DNA of 19,837 nt from contig JAXMNT010000081.1 of the NCBI GenBank assembly GCA_034670305.1, forward strand, positions 1 to 19,837. Direction: 5' to 3'. This document shows, in pieces, positions 8,942-17,499 of this stretch (positions are counted from its first letter, which is position 1; each line of letters begins with the position of its first letter). Under the pieces are notes generated by a model. It made no database searches and had not been told where the DNA came from. It worked only from the letters and a program-made list of their open reading frames with translations. This stretch comes from Deltaproteobacteria bacterium. GTDB taxonomy: Bacteria; Myxococcota_A; Polyangia; Polyangiales; Houyiibacteriaceae. A program made the translations under genes and the position numbers.

Positions 8942-11900
8942 TCAGCGAAGCGCGGCGGCCGCGGCTTCTCGCACGCGGACCTCTCGGTCGGAGCCCGCCG
9001 CGGTCAGTGCCGCACGCGCCTCGGCCGCGTCCGGTCCTGGAAGCGATGCCGCGAGCGAGTGCACCGCGGCTTCGCGCACGAACGCGTACCGGTCGTGCCG
9101 GACGATCTCCGTGAGCGCCGCGACGCTGCCACCAAGCCTCGAGAGCGCTTCGACCGCCCGCAGGCGCGTGGACCAGTCGGCGTGTTCGAGCGCCAGACGC
9201 TCCACCCGTGCCCGCAACGCTGCGTCGTCTTCACTCACCGCCGACAGCGCGGCGCGCAGCACAGCCGGTGCCTCGTCGGAGAGCGCCGCGAGCAAGGTCG
9301 CCTGCGCGAAGGCACCACCGATCGCACCGACCCGTCGCACCGCTTGTTCCCGGACGTTGGCGTCGGGGTGCTGCGCCGCTTCGGCGAGGTCGGGGGCGAG
9401 CGCCTGGGCAAGCGCGGTCAGGGGCGCACGCAAGCGCTCCGGCTCGTCCACGCCGCTGGTCAATGCGCCCAGCCCGAGCGGCAGATCCCCGCTGGGGGCG
9501 AGCACCGCCAAGGTCGCGGCGACCCGTTCGACCGGCCCGTGCAGTGCGTCGCGCGCGGCGGCTTCGAGGGCCGGCAGGAGCGGGGCGAGGTCGGGCGCGA
9601 CGGTCGCGTCGGAGCGGGTGAGCAGCGCGTCGAGTGTGGCGGCGACCCCACCGAGCGGGAGGGGAAAACGTTCCTCGTCCGCGGAGGTTGCGGTCAGCGC
9701 GCCTGCGGCAGCTCGGCGGAGATCGGGATCCCCATCGAAAAGGCTCTCCGTCAACGCGACCAGTGCGCGGGGGTCGGATGCGCCGTGTGCGCCCCGGCCG
9801 AGCGCACCAAGGGCATCGGCGGACGCGCGGGCGACCAGTCCGCCGGACCGCAACGCCGCGATCAGCGCCGGGATCTCCTCGTTGTTGCCGATCCGACCGA
9901 GCGACCAAGCCGCGGCGGCGCGCACTTGGGGCGACCGGTCTTCGCGAAGCAGGCGGTCGAGCGCGTCCAGCGACGGCCGGTCGTCGGCGCGGCCGAGACC
10001 GAGTGCCGCGTAGGCCCGAACCGCGGGGTCGCCCTGGCTCAAGAGATCGCGCAGCGCGCGGACTGCGACCGAACCGCCCATGCGGGCGAGTGCCCAGGCG
10101 GCGACGTGGCGCAGGCGATGTTCCGATCCGCTGGCGAGCGGAACGAACCGGGCCGCCAGATCCGGTTCGGCGAGCGCACCTGCGCCGGCGAGGGCGCGCG
10201 CCCGAAGGTCGGCGGGTCCCTCCGCTTCGGCCGCGGCGAGCAGGGGCCCGGCGGCGTTCGGGTTGCCGAGGTGTCCAAGGACTTCGATCGCCACCCGCTG
10301 CTGGGACGGGTCCGCATCCGCAAGCGCTTCGAGCAGCGGCTTGATCGCCCGCACCCCGAGCCGGCCGAGCGCTTCCCGCGCTTCGTTGGCTACATCACCG
10401 CGCCCGTCGGCCAGCTGCGCCCACTCGGAGACGAGCGAGTCGTAGAGTTCGACGAGCAGCCGCCGGAAGATGGACCGGCGCGGGTTGCCGAGCGCGAGCG
10501 GCAGCAGGTGTCGTTCCAGTTCTTCGAGCGTGCCTCCGCCCATGTGGATCTGGAGCGACGCGCGGCCGGCGCGCGCGACGAGATCGTCGTCCGGACACAG
10601 TCGCAGCACGCCAACGTAGAGCCGGTCTGCGTCACCGTGTTCGCCCCGCGCTACGTAGATCTCCGCCAGATCGAAGTAGGTGGAGAACAGCCGATCGTTG
10701 AGTTCGATGGCGCGGCGGTAGCTCTGGATCGCCTGTTCGGAGTCCTGGCGGGCGCGGTGTAGATCGCCCAGGCGTCGGTGGCCTTCGGCGTCGTCGGGCG
10801 TGCGTGCCACCGCCTCCGCCGCGAACCCGACCGCTTCTTCGTCGCGGTAGAGCGCATGCGCGTGCGCCGCCATGCGCTGCAGGTAGCGCGGCGCGCGACG
10901 TGGGTCCGCTTCGACCAAGAGCCGCAGGACTGCGATCGCTCCGTCGAGGTCGCCTCGTGCGGTGCGCACCCGTTCGAGCGCCAACAGACTCTCCGCGTCG
11001 CCCGGCTCGATCTGCACGATGCGTTCGAGGGTGACCTCGGCCTGCCGCGCGTTGCTCGGTCGTTGGCGGAGGTAGGCTTCGGCCAGGAACCGGCCGGCTT
11101 CGGTGTCGGGCGGGGTGCCTTGAAAGGCCGCCTGCCACTCTCGCAGTTTGCTGGGCAACGAACGCGAGCGGGACCAGACCCCGACGATGCGTTGTCGCGC
11201 TTCCCTTCGGGCCGCGCGTTCCACCGCGTGTTCGAGCACCTGGGTCCAGAACGCGACCGCTTCGGTGTCGCGCGCCATGCGTGTGGCCGCGGGTTCGCCC
11301 TGGCGTGGGCGCTCCAGCACGTTCGCGAGACCCCGCAGGTACTCCACGTTGTCGCCGTCGGCCTGGACGGCCCGGCGGTAGTGCTCTTCGGCTTCGTCCA
11401 GCATGTCGTGGTCGGCCAGCACCGAGGCGAGCGTCGCGTGTGCGCGGCCCCGATCGTTGTCCGCCTGCAAGATGCGCCGCCAGGTCGCGAGCGCCGCCGC
11501 CTGGTTGCCCTCTTCCAATTGCTGCTCACCGAGCGCGATCAAGTGGCCTGGGTCGCGGGGATCGATGCGCACGAGCATCGCGATCTCGCGGGTCGCCTTT
11601 TCGTCTTCTCCCCATGCGGTGTAGAGCTCCGCGAGTGCTTGGTGCACGCCGGCGTCCCGCGGGTGTTGCCGGCTCGTGCGGTCGGCCATCGCCATCGCTT
11701 CGGTGCGGCGGCCCACCTGCATCAACAGCTGCGCGAGTTCGACCACGAACCGTGGCTCCCTCGGCGCGACACGCACCAGCTCGCGGTACTCGCTGATCAC
11801 GTCGTCGATGCGTCCCGAGCGCGAGAGCAGTTGGACGATCCGCACGCGGGTGTCGATGTGGCGCCGGTTCATTCGGAGCGCTTGCCGGTAGGCTTCGAGC

Positions 11901-12964
11901 GCTTCGTCTTCGTTGCCGAGTTCGTCGTGGATGCGGCCGCGCAGTTCCACCGCATCGAAGTCCCGCGAACGCGAGAACGCCTCCGCGAGCTCCGGCAGTC
12001 GATCCGACCGGCGGTACGCTTCGACCATCACATCGTAGATCTCGCGGCGCACACCGGACTGCCGACCCACGGTGCGCAGCGCGCGCTCCAGCGTGGCGAC
12101 GGCGTCGTCGGTCTGACCCGAGTCCAGCTGCGCTTGCGCCAGGTCCCGCAGGACCGGACCGATGACGCGGTTGTCCCCCCGCAGGGTCTGCAGGACCCGT
12201 TGGTACTCGGTCACCGCGCGTGCGTGCTGGTTTCGCGTTGCGAGCGCGCGGGCGTATTCCGTCCGCAGGTAGATGGTGGAGCCGGCGCCGCGCCCCAGCC
12301 GATCGTAGTAGGTGCGCGCGCCTTCGAAGTCGTTCGCGTCGAGGGCCAGCTCGCCGAGCTCCCGCAGCAGCTCCCGCTGGGCTTGCGCGTCGCTGGTCTG
12401 TTCGAGCGCGCGCTCGTAGAACGTGCGCGAGCGCTCCGGGTGGTCGGCCCGGTCGATGGCTGCGATCGCGAGCAGCGGGGCGGGCTCGCTGGGCCGAAGG
12501 GCAGCGGCGGCCTCGTAGAGCGTGCGCGCGTCGGGCACCCGACTCTGCGACTTGAGAAGGTGTCCGAGCAGCATCCGTGGCGCATACGCGGCTGCGTCGG
12601 CATCGACCTCGCGCTGGAGCTCCGTGACCAGCGCGTCCACGTTGCCGTCGCGCTCCCGGTAGAGATCGAGCAGACGCTGAAACGCGAACGTCTCGCGGGG
12701 ATCGGAGTTGAGGATCCCGCGGTAGCGGCGGATCAACACATCGGCGCGGCGTTGGTCGCTGGTCCGGCCATCTTCGGAGACGGTCTCCATGCCGGTGCGC
12801 ATGCCCATGCCGGTGCGCATGCCCATGCCGGTGCGCATGCCGGTCCGCATGCCGGTGCGCATGCCGGACTGCATGTCCGGCTGCATTCGGGTCAAGCCCC
12901 AGTCCTGGGCGGAGGCGGTAGAAAGTCCGGCCAAGAGCCCCAACCCAACGACGAGCGCGCGCAC
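8942..12964 (-). CDS. Large secreted tetratricopeptide-repeat + HEAT-repeat protein with N-terminal Met-rich repeat, 1340 aa
   Basis: Signal peptide VRALVVGLGLLAGLSTASA|Q; many TPR-like units (e.g. GRIHDELGNEDEALEAYRQAL, RLGDLHRARQDSEQAIQSYRRAIEL); C-terminal HEAT/PBS-like units (DPAVRAYAALGLG, SPQVRAAAAWSLGRIG, VREAAVHSLA). The ORF track start at 13054 adds 30 non-signal residues. Confidence 0.88.
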   Translation of the reverse strand: MRALVVGLGLLAGLSTASAQDWGLTRMQPDMQSGMRTGMRTGMRTGMGMRTGMGMRTGMETVSEDGRTSDQRRADVLIRRYRGILNSDPRETFAFQRLLDLYRERDGNVDALVTELQREVDADAAAYAPRMLLGHLLKSQSRVPDARTLYEAAAALRPSEPAPLLAIAAIDRADHPERSRTFYERALEQTSDAQAQRELLRELGELALDANDFEGARTYYDRLGRGAGSTIYLRTEYARALATRNQHARAVTEYQRVLQTLRGDNRVIGPVLRDLAQAQLDSGQTDDAVATLERALRTVGRQSGVRREIYDVMVEAYRRSDRLPELAEAFSRSRDFDAVELRGRIHDELGNEDEALEAYRQALRMNRRHIDTRVRIVQLLSRSGRIDDVISEYRELVRVAPREPRFVVELAQLLMQVGRRTEAMAMADRTSRQHPRDAGVHQALAELYTAWGEDEKATREIAMLVRIDPRDPGHLIALGEQQLEEGNQAAALATWRRILQADNDRGRAHATLASVLADHDMLDEAEEHYRRAVQADGDNVEYLRGLANVLERPRQGEPAATRMARDTEAVAFWTQVLEHAVERAARREARQRIVGVWSRSRSLPSKLREWQAAFQGTPPDTEAGRFLAEAYLRQRPSNARQAEVTLERIVQIEPGDAESLLALERVRTARGDLDGAIAVLRLLVEADPRRAPRYLQRMAAHAHALYRDEEAVGFAAEAVARTPDDAEGHRRLGDLHRARQDSEQAIQSYRRAIELNDRLFSTYFDLAEIYVARGEHGDADRLYVGVLRLCPDDDLVARAGRASLQIHMGGGTLEELERHLLPLALGNPRRSIFRRLLVELYDSLVSEWAQLADGRGDVANEAREALGRLGVRAIKPLLEALADADPSQQRVAIEVLGHLGNPNAAGPLLAAAEAEGPADLRARALAGAGALAEPDLAARFVPLASGSEHRLRHVAAWALARMGGSVAVRALRDLLSQGDPAVRAYAALGLGRADDRPSLDALDRLLREDRSPQVRAAAAWSLGRIGNNEEIPALIAALRSGGLVARASADALGALGRGAHGASDPRALVALTESLFDGDPDLRRAAAGALTATSADEERFPLPLGGVAATLDALLTRSDATVAPDLAPLLPALEAAARDALHGPVERVAATLAVLAPSGDLPLGLGALTSGVDEPERLRAPLTALAQALAPDLAEAAQHPDANVREQAVRRVGAIGGAFAQATLLAALSDEAPAVLRAALSAVSEDDAALRARVERLALEHADWSTRLRAVEALSRLGGSVAALTEIVRHDRYAFVREAAVHSLAASLPGPDAAEARAALTAAGSDREVRVREAAAAALR
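12788..12886 (-). repeat. Coding tandem repeat (12-bp units with 6-bp inserts) encoding MQPD-MQSG-(MRTG)3-MG-MRTG-MG-MRTG-M
   Basis: Repeated catgccggtgcg units on the + strand; 10 Met in 33 residues. Confidence 0.93.
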
Positions 12965-12970
12965 GGGCGC

Positions 12971-12979
12971 AGCATAGCA
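12971..12979 (-). promoter_or_regulatory. Putative extended -10 element (TGcTATGCT) 6 nt upstream of GTG 12964
   Basis: Minus strand reads tgc tatgct gcgccc GTG; no SD; the GTG begins a clean signal peptide. Confidence 0.6.
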
Positions 12980-13159
12980 GCGGCCCGCGGGGAAACTGTG
13001 TCTGGGATCTCCAGCCGTCCGTGGCGGGGACGCGTGGCTCGGGTGTGGGTTCATCGCCTACCCATAAGGTACGTCGGAGGAGGTCCATTCCTTGGATCGC
13101 AGGCGCACCCGGTCTCGAGTTGATACCCTTGTGGGCATGGTGGCTTATGGGGGTGTCTT

Positions 13160-14218
13160 GTGAACTTGAACAATTGTGGTCTGGGAATCGCCGTGCTGAT
13201 GCTCGGTGGGGTGGTGGCGTGCGAGTCGGAAGTCGACATCTGCGGTGACATCGCGGTGTGCGGCACCGATATGGTCTTGTACGGAGACTATTGTGAGGCC
13301 GCGAGCGCGGGCGTCGAGGTCATCGCGGAGGGCGGCTGTCCCAACTGCATGCCGGTGACGTGCGAGATCGCGTGCGAGTTCGGTTTCCAGCGCGGGCCCG
13401 ACGGGTGCGAGGTCTGTGAGTGTGCGGACCCGCCGCCCGATGGTGGTGTCGATGCCGGCACCGATGCCGGCATTCCCGATGCGACGATGCCGGACGCGAC
13501 GATGCCCGATACCGGCGCGCCCGATGCGATGATCGTCTGCACAGATTCGGAGATCCTGTGTGACGGCGAGTGCAAGTCGCCCGACAGCACCGAACACTGC
13601 GGTGGGTGCGATCCCTGCGCCGAAGCGGCGAATGCGACCGCGTCCTGTCACCTCGGCGAGGGCGGGGGCTTCGTGTGCTCCTACGAGTGCGACCTCAACT
13701 TCGCGAACTGCGACGCGAGCCCCTCTTGCGAGACCAACATCGCTTCGATCGATCGATGCGGATCTTGCGACCGGACCGGGTGCGCCACGGTATCGAACGC
13801 CAGCCCGGTGTGCGTCCCGACGGACGACGCCGCCCTCATGCCCTACTGCGATTTCGAGTGCAATGAAGGGTTCACTCGGTGTGGCGACAGCTGCTTCGAT
13901 GTGACCTCGGACGAGTACAACTGCGGCACCTGTGGGACCATCTGCGAGGGCTTCCGATCGTGCACTGCTGGAGCCTGCACCCGCGCCGACTTCTGCAACA
14001 ACCCGGAGAACTGGGAGTACGAGGACACCGGCATGGGCAGCTGCGTCGCAACGTGCGGCCGACTTCAAGTCGAGGTGGCTGGCAGCCCCGGAGACGCCGA
14101 CGCGACCTGCACGCTGCCCGGCGGCGGAACGGTGAGCTGTGACCCGCCCGACGGATCGGGGGTGGCCGCGTGCTCTTCGAGCATCGTCGACTGTTGTCGT
14201 CCGGCGGTCGTCGGCTGA
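13160..14218 (+). CDS. Cys-rich lipoprotein with Kazal-like and antistasin-like modules and Stig1-like Cys repeats, 352 aa
   Basis: GGGGGT SD-like sequence upstream; lipobox GVVA-C; VCGTDMVLYGDYCEAASAGVEVIAEGGC (Kazal-like); CMPVTCEIACEFGFQRGPDGCEVCEC (antistasin-like); PDATM/DAG linker; CGDSCFDVTSDEYNCGTCGTIC repeats. Confidence 0.82.
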   Translation: MNLNNCGLGIAVLMLGGVVACESEVDICGDIAVCGTDMVLYGDYCEAASAGVEVIAEGGCPNCMPVTCEIACEFGFQRGPDGCEVCECADPPPDGGVDAGTDAGIPDATMPDATMPDTGAPDAMIVCTDSEILCDGECKSPDSTEHCGGCDPCAEAANATASCHLGEGGGFVCSYECDLNFANCDASPSCETNIASIDRCGSCDRTGCATVSNASPVCVPTDDAALMPYCDFECNEGFTRCGDSCFDVTSDEYNCGTCGTICEGFRSCTAGACTRADFCNNPENWEYEDTGMGSCVATCGRLQVEVAGSPGDADATCTLPGGGTVSCDPPDGSGVAACSSSIVDCCRPAVVG

Positions 14219-14230
14219 GCGCGTTCGCCT

Positions 14231-15118
14231 TTACGGGCGGAGCCGAAACCGGTGGAGGGGGGAACGCCCCTCCGACACCGTGAAGTAGTGGCGGCCCGCT
14301 TGGTCGAACGCGATGGCTTCGCCTTGGCGTTCGGCCCGTGTCATCACCGCGCAGTGACGGGTCAGCGCGTCGGCGAACGACTGTCCGCTCGCGCGCGGGA
14401 AGAGCCACGCCTGGTCGCGGCTGCGAAGCAAGATGCGGCCGTCCTCGGCCACGTCGCCCCCGGTCGCACCGGCGAGGGGGAGGGTGGCGAGCAGTGTCGC
14501 TTCCACGGTGGCGCCGGCCCGAAACGCACCGGCTCGAAACACGCGTGACGCGCCGTACTCGTGGGACGCGAGGTAGACGGCGCCGTCGCGGTCGACGAGC
14601 AACGTGCGCAGATCGACTGGGCCTCCGGGCAAGCGCACGTCCATGTGGGTCTGCGCGATCTCGACGACGGTGGGCGACTGTTCCACCAGGCGCACCGGAG
14701 ACGCGAGGCCGGCGCCGGTGAGTGCCGGTTCGGCGACGCGGTAGATCCGAACCGCGCGGCGCTGCAGCGCGTCGTCTCCGATGTCGCCGATGTACAGGTG
14801 CCCGTCGTGGTACGCGATGTCCTCCCAGTCGGCGTGGGTGGCGTCCGTCAGCGCCGCGACCCCCATCCACCGACCGTCGTCTCGCAGAGCATGGATGCGT
14901 GGCGCGGCGCCGCTGTGGTTGTGCGTCCAGTAGAGGTGCGGATCGCGGCCCGAACGCACGAGTCCGCTCATCGCCTGCAGCTGCACATAGTCCAGCACGG
15001 CGAGATTGACGTCCTCGTCGACTTCCGGACATGCGCCGCCTGCGGTCGGTTGCGCGAACGTGGCGGGATGGGGGCAGAGTCCGCAGACCAGACACACGAA
15101 GACGAACGACAACCGCAT
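14231..15118 (-). CDS. Secreted hypothetical protein, probable beta-propeller (phytase-like/esterase-like group), 295 aa
   Basis: Signal peptide; motifs SGL..S......WTHNHSG, DWEDIA, LYIGDIGD, RIYRVAEP, ATGGDV, QGEAIAF, YFTVSEG typical of a widespread uncharacterised propeller family. Confidence 0.75.
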   Translation of the reverse strand: MRLSFVFVCLVCGLCPHPATFAQPTAGGACPEVDEDVNLAVLDYVQLQAMSGLVRSGRDPHLYWTHNHSGAAPRIHALRDDGRWMGVAALTDATHADWEDIAYHDGHLYIGDIGDDALQRRAVRIYRVAEPALTGAGLASPVRLVEQSPTVVEIAQTHMDVRLPGGPVDLRTLLVDRDGAVYLASHEYGASRVFRAGAFRAGATVEATLLATLPLAGATGGDVAEDGRILLRSRDQAWLFPRASGQSFADALTRHCAVMTRAERQGEAIAFDQAGRHYFTVSEGRSPLHRFRLRP

Positions 15119-15149
15119 GGTTCACGCTACGACGGCAGGACGCCGGGTG

Positions 15150-16436
15150 TCATTCAGTCTGTGCCGATCCCGTGTGCTGAGCGCCGCTGGCGGCTTCGCG
15201 CAGCACCCGTCCGATCTCGTTCGGGTCGGCGTCGTCCGCGTTGGTGAGCACCACCACCCCGATCGGCGGATCGAGCTGGAGCGACACATGGCTCCGGTAG
15301 GCGGCGAACCAGCCACCGTGGCGCAGGTACGGTGGTTGCCCGTCGATCACGCGCAGCCCGATGCTCCAGCCGCCGGGTGTCGTCGCGTCGGCGCCGAAGC
15401 GGAACTTCGCCTGCAACATCGCTTCGCGACTGGCCGGGGTCAGCAGTGTCTCCGGGCCGACGCCGAGCAGCATCCGCACCCACGCCGCGAGATCGGGCGC
15501 GGTCGACGCCATGCCGAACGCGGGGCTCATGGCATCGGCGCCGTGGTAGATGCGCTCGCGCCGCCCCGCGAACGGGCCCTCCGTGATCGTGCGTGCGAGT
15601 CCTGCAAACGCGCGGCCTTCGCGGCCGGTGGAACCGGTGGCGCCGGTGTAGGCGTGGGCGAGCTTGCCCTCCGAGAGAAGTCGTGCCCCTTCGGCGGCTG
15701 TCGGAACACCGGATTGTGCCATGCCGAGCGGTTCGAAGACCCGCTGCGTCATGGCTGCCCCGAACGTGCCTTCGGTGGTGGCCGAGACGACGGCGCCGAG
15801 ACTCGCGTAGGCCGCATTGCTGTAGAGCCAATCGGCGCCGGGCGTCGCGACCAGACGCTGCGCTCCGAGCTCGGTTCGCAGCGCCTCGGCGGTCGGGAAC
15901 GACCCGGTGAACCAATACTCGAGGCCGCCCTCTCGCGGCAGGCCACTCGTGTGCGTCAGCACGTGCGCGAGGGTGACTTCGTCGGACCCACCGAGCGACC
16001 AGCCGGGCGCGCGGGTGGCGAGGTGATCGTCGAGCGAGAGCGCGCCGCTGTCGACGAAGGCGAGTACGCCGGTCGCGGTGAGTGGCTTCGACACGCTGCC
16101 GATGTAGAAGATCGTGTCGGCGGTCACCGGCGCGCCGCTGAGCACGTCCCGAAGTCCGCGCTGAGCGAACCAGGTGCCCTCTGCCGTGACCACCGCAACA
16201 CTCACACCCGGGAGGTTGGCGGCCGCGGCGCTCAACGCTTCTTCGAGACGCGCGGTGGTAGCCGGGTCGATCGAGCGGGCTGCGATTCCAGGAGCCAGCA
16301 CCGCGGGTTGTGGCGTGGGCGCCTCGGGGGTGGCTTCGGTCACGGGAGGCTCCGGCGGTGGGGTGGTCGTGCGGGCCGGGTCGGAGCAACTTCCGAGAAG
16401 AAGCGAACCGAACACGAACGCACTGAACCGAACCAT
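15150..16436 (-). CDS. Serine hydrolase, class C beta-lactamase/AmpC-like family, lipoprotein, 428 aa
   Basis: SxxK (FYIGSVSKP), LTHTSGLP, YxN (WLYSNAAY), FEPLGM, HGG (LRHGGW); ATG 16436 begins signal peptide MVRFSAFVFGSLLLGS-C followed by a Pro/Thr linker. Confidence 0.9.
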   Translation of the reverse strand: MVRFSAFVFGSLLLGSCSDPARTTTPPPEPPVTEATPEAPTPQPAVLAPGIAARSIDPATTARLEEALSAAAANLPGVSVAVVTAEGTWFAQRGLRDVLSGAPVTADTIFYIGSVSKPLTATGVLAFVDSGALSLDDHLATRAPGWSLGGSDEVTLAHVLTHTSGLPREGGLEYWFTGSFPTAEALRTELGAQRLVATPGADWLYSNAAYASLGAVVSATTEGTFGAAMTQRVFEPLGMAQSGVPTAAEGARLLSEGKLAHAYTGATGSTGREGRAFAGLARTITEGPFAGRRERIYHGADAMSPAFGMASTAPDLAAWVRMLLGVGPETLLTPASREAMLQAKFRFGADATTPGGWSIGLRVIDGQPPYLRHGGWFAAYRSHVSLQLDPPIGVVVLTNADDADPNEIGRVLREAASGAQHTGSAQTE

Positions 16437-16441
16437 GGCCC

Positions 16442-16451
16442 GGTGTAGCAT
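16442..16451. promoter_or_regulatory. Putative bidirectional promoter: overlapping -10 hexamers TAGCAT (+, 16446-16451) and TGc-TACACC (-, 16450-16442)
   Basis: Only 22 bp separate the divergent start codons at 16436 (-) and 16459 (+); the hexamers lie 7 nt and 5 nt upstream of them and share the central TA. Confidence 0.5.
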
Positions 16452-16458
16452 GCGGCCG

Positions 16459-17415
16459 GTGTCACGACCCCGCCCACACAGAGACCGCTCCTCGACCCGC
16501 CCGCGCGTGGTGTCGGCCGCATCGGTGCTCGGCTTGTGTGTGCTCATGGTCGGATGCGGCGACGTCGCGATCCGGTTTGCAGCCAGCTCGACCTCCGACG
16601 TGTTCGCGCGCGCGAGTCCCGCGCTCGACCAGCATTGGGACTACGATCTGGCGGCGGACGCGCTCCCCGGATCGATCCTGCAGCTCGAAGGGATCATGCG
16701 GGTCGTGCCCGACGAAGAGCAGACCGTGCTCGGTGCGGCGCGCGCCTACGTCGCGTACGCGTTCGGGTTCGTCGAAGACGAGGCCGAGGCGCTCGAAGCC
16801 GAAGGCCGCACCGAAGAGGCGGCGTTCCAGCGGCGTCGCGCCGTGGCGCTCTACCGGCGCGGTCGTGATCTGGCGCTGCATCGGTTGCGGCTCGAGGAGA
16901 GCGACTTCGACGAAGCGCGCGCCGAGCCGGTGCAGGACTACCGTGCATGGCTCGAGGACGAGTTCGACGACGCCGAAGACGCCGAGGTTCTGTTCTGGGC
17001 GGCCTACGCGTGGGGCTCGTGGGTGAACGCGGCGTCTCCGAGCGCCCCCCACCCAGACCGCGCGTATGCCATCGCGACCATGCGCCACTCGGTCGCACTC
17101 GACCCGAGCTACTACGGCGCGAGCGGTTCCATCTTCCTCGCGTTCGTCGCGACCAAGGCGCCGGGGTCGACGCCCGAGCGCGCCCGCGCGGCCTGGGACC
17201 TTGCGCTCGATCGTTCGGGCCGGACGAACTTGCTCGCGCAGGTGACCATGGCGCGCCTGCACGCGGTCGACACCCACGACCGGGCGCTCTTCGTCGAGCT
17301 GCTGCAGGAAGTCCTCGAAGCCGAAGACGTGGCGCCTTCGATGCGGCTCTCGAACCAGATCGCCAAACGCCGCGCGGGCCGCTACCTGCGCCAGGTCGAC
17401 GCCCTCTTTCCCTGA
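16459..17415 (+). CDS. tatT: TRAP transporter TatT component family lipoprotein, 318 aa; alternative start ATG 16450
   Basis: Lipobox LMVG-C; DYDLAADALPGSILQLEG, AYVAYAFGFVED, LYRRGRDLA, LFWAAYAWGSWVN, LDPSYYG, DRALFVELLQEVL, NQIAKRRA..YL....LF are characteristic of the TatT family. Confidence 0.85.
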   Translation: MSRPRPHRDRSSTRPRVVSAASVLGLCVLMVGCGDVAIRFAASSTSDVFARASPALDQHWDYDLAADALPGSILQLEGIMRVVPDEEQTVLGAARAYVAYAFGFVEDEAEALEAEGRTEEAAFQRRRAVALYRRGRDLALHRLRLEESDFDEARAEPVQDYRAWLEDEFDDAEDAEVLFWAAYAWGSWVNAASPSAPHPDRAYAIATMRHSVALDPSYYGASGSIFLAFVATKAPGSTPERARAAWDLALDRSGRTNLLAQVTMARLHAVDTHDRALFVELLQEVLEAEDVAPSMRLSNQIAKRRAGRYLRQVDALFP

Positions 17416-17499
17416 CTCGTGTCCGCGGGGCCGTCCGAACGCATGCCCGAGCCACGAGCCTCCCTGGACGGAATCTTCCCGACCCTGCACAGTGATCGC

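Noticed and set aside
13436..13535. PDATM/DAG repeats as a separate element
   Set aside because: Ordinary low-complexity linker typical of lipoproteins in this lineage; similar linkers occur in the 2519 and 3495 genes.
15150..16436. Calling the serine hydrolase an antibiotic-resistance beta-lactamase
   Set aside because: SxxK/YxN/HGG is shared by esterases and peptidases of this family; the KTG motif of true AmpC is absent.
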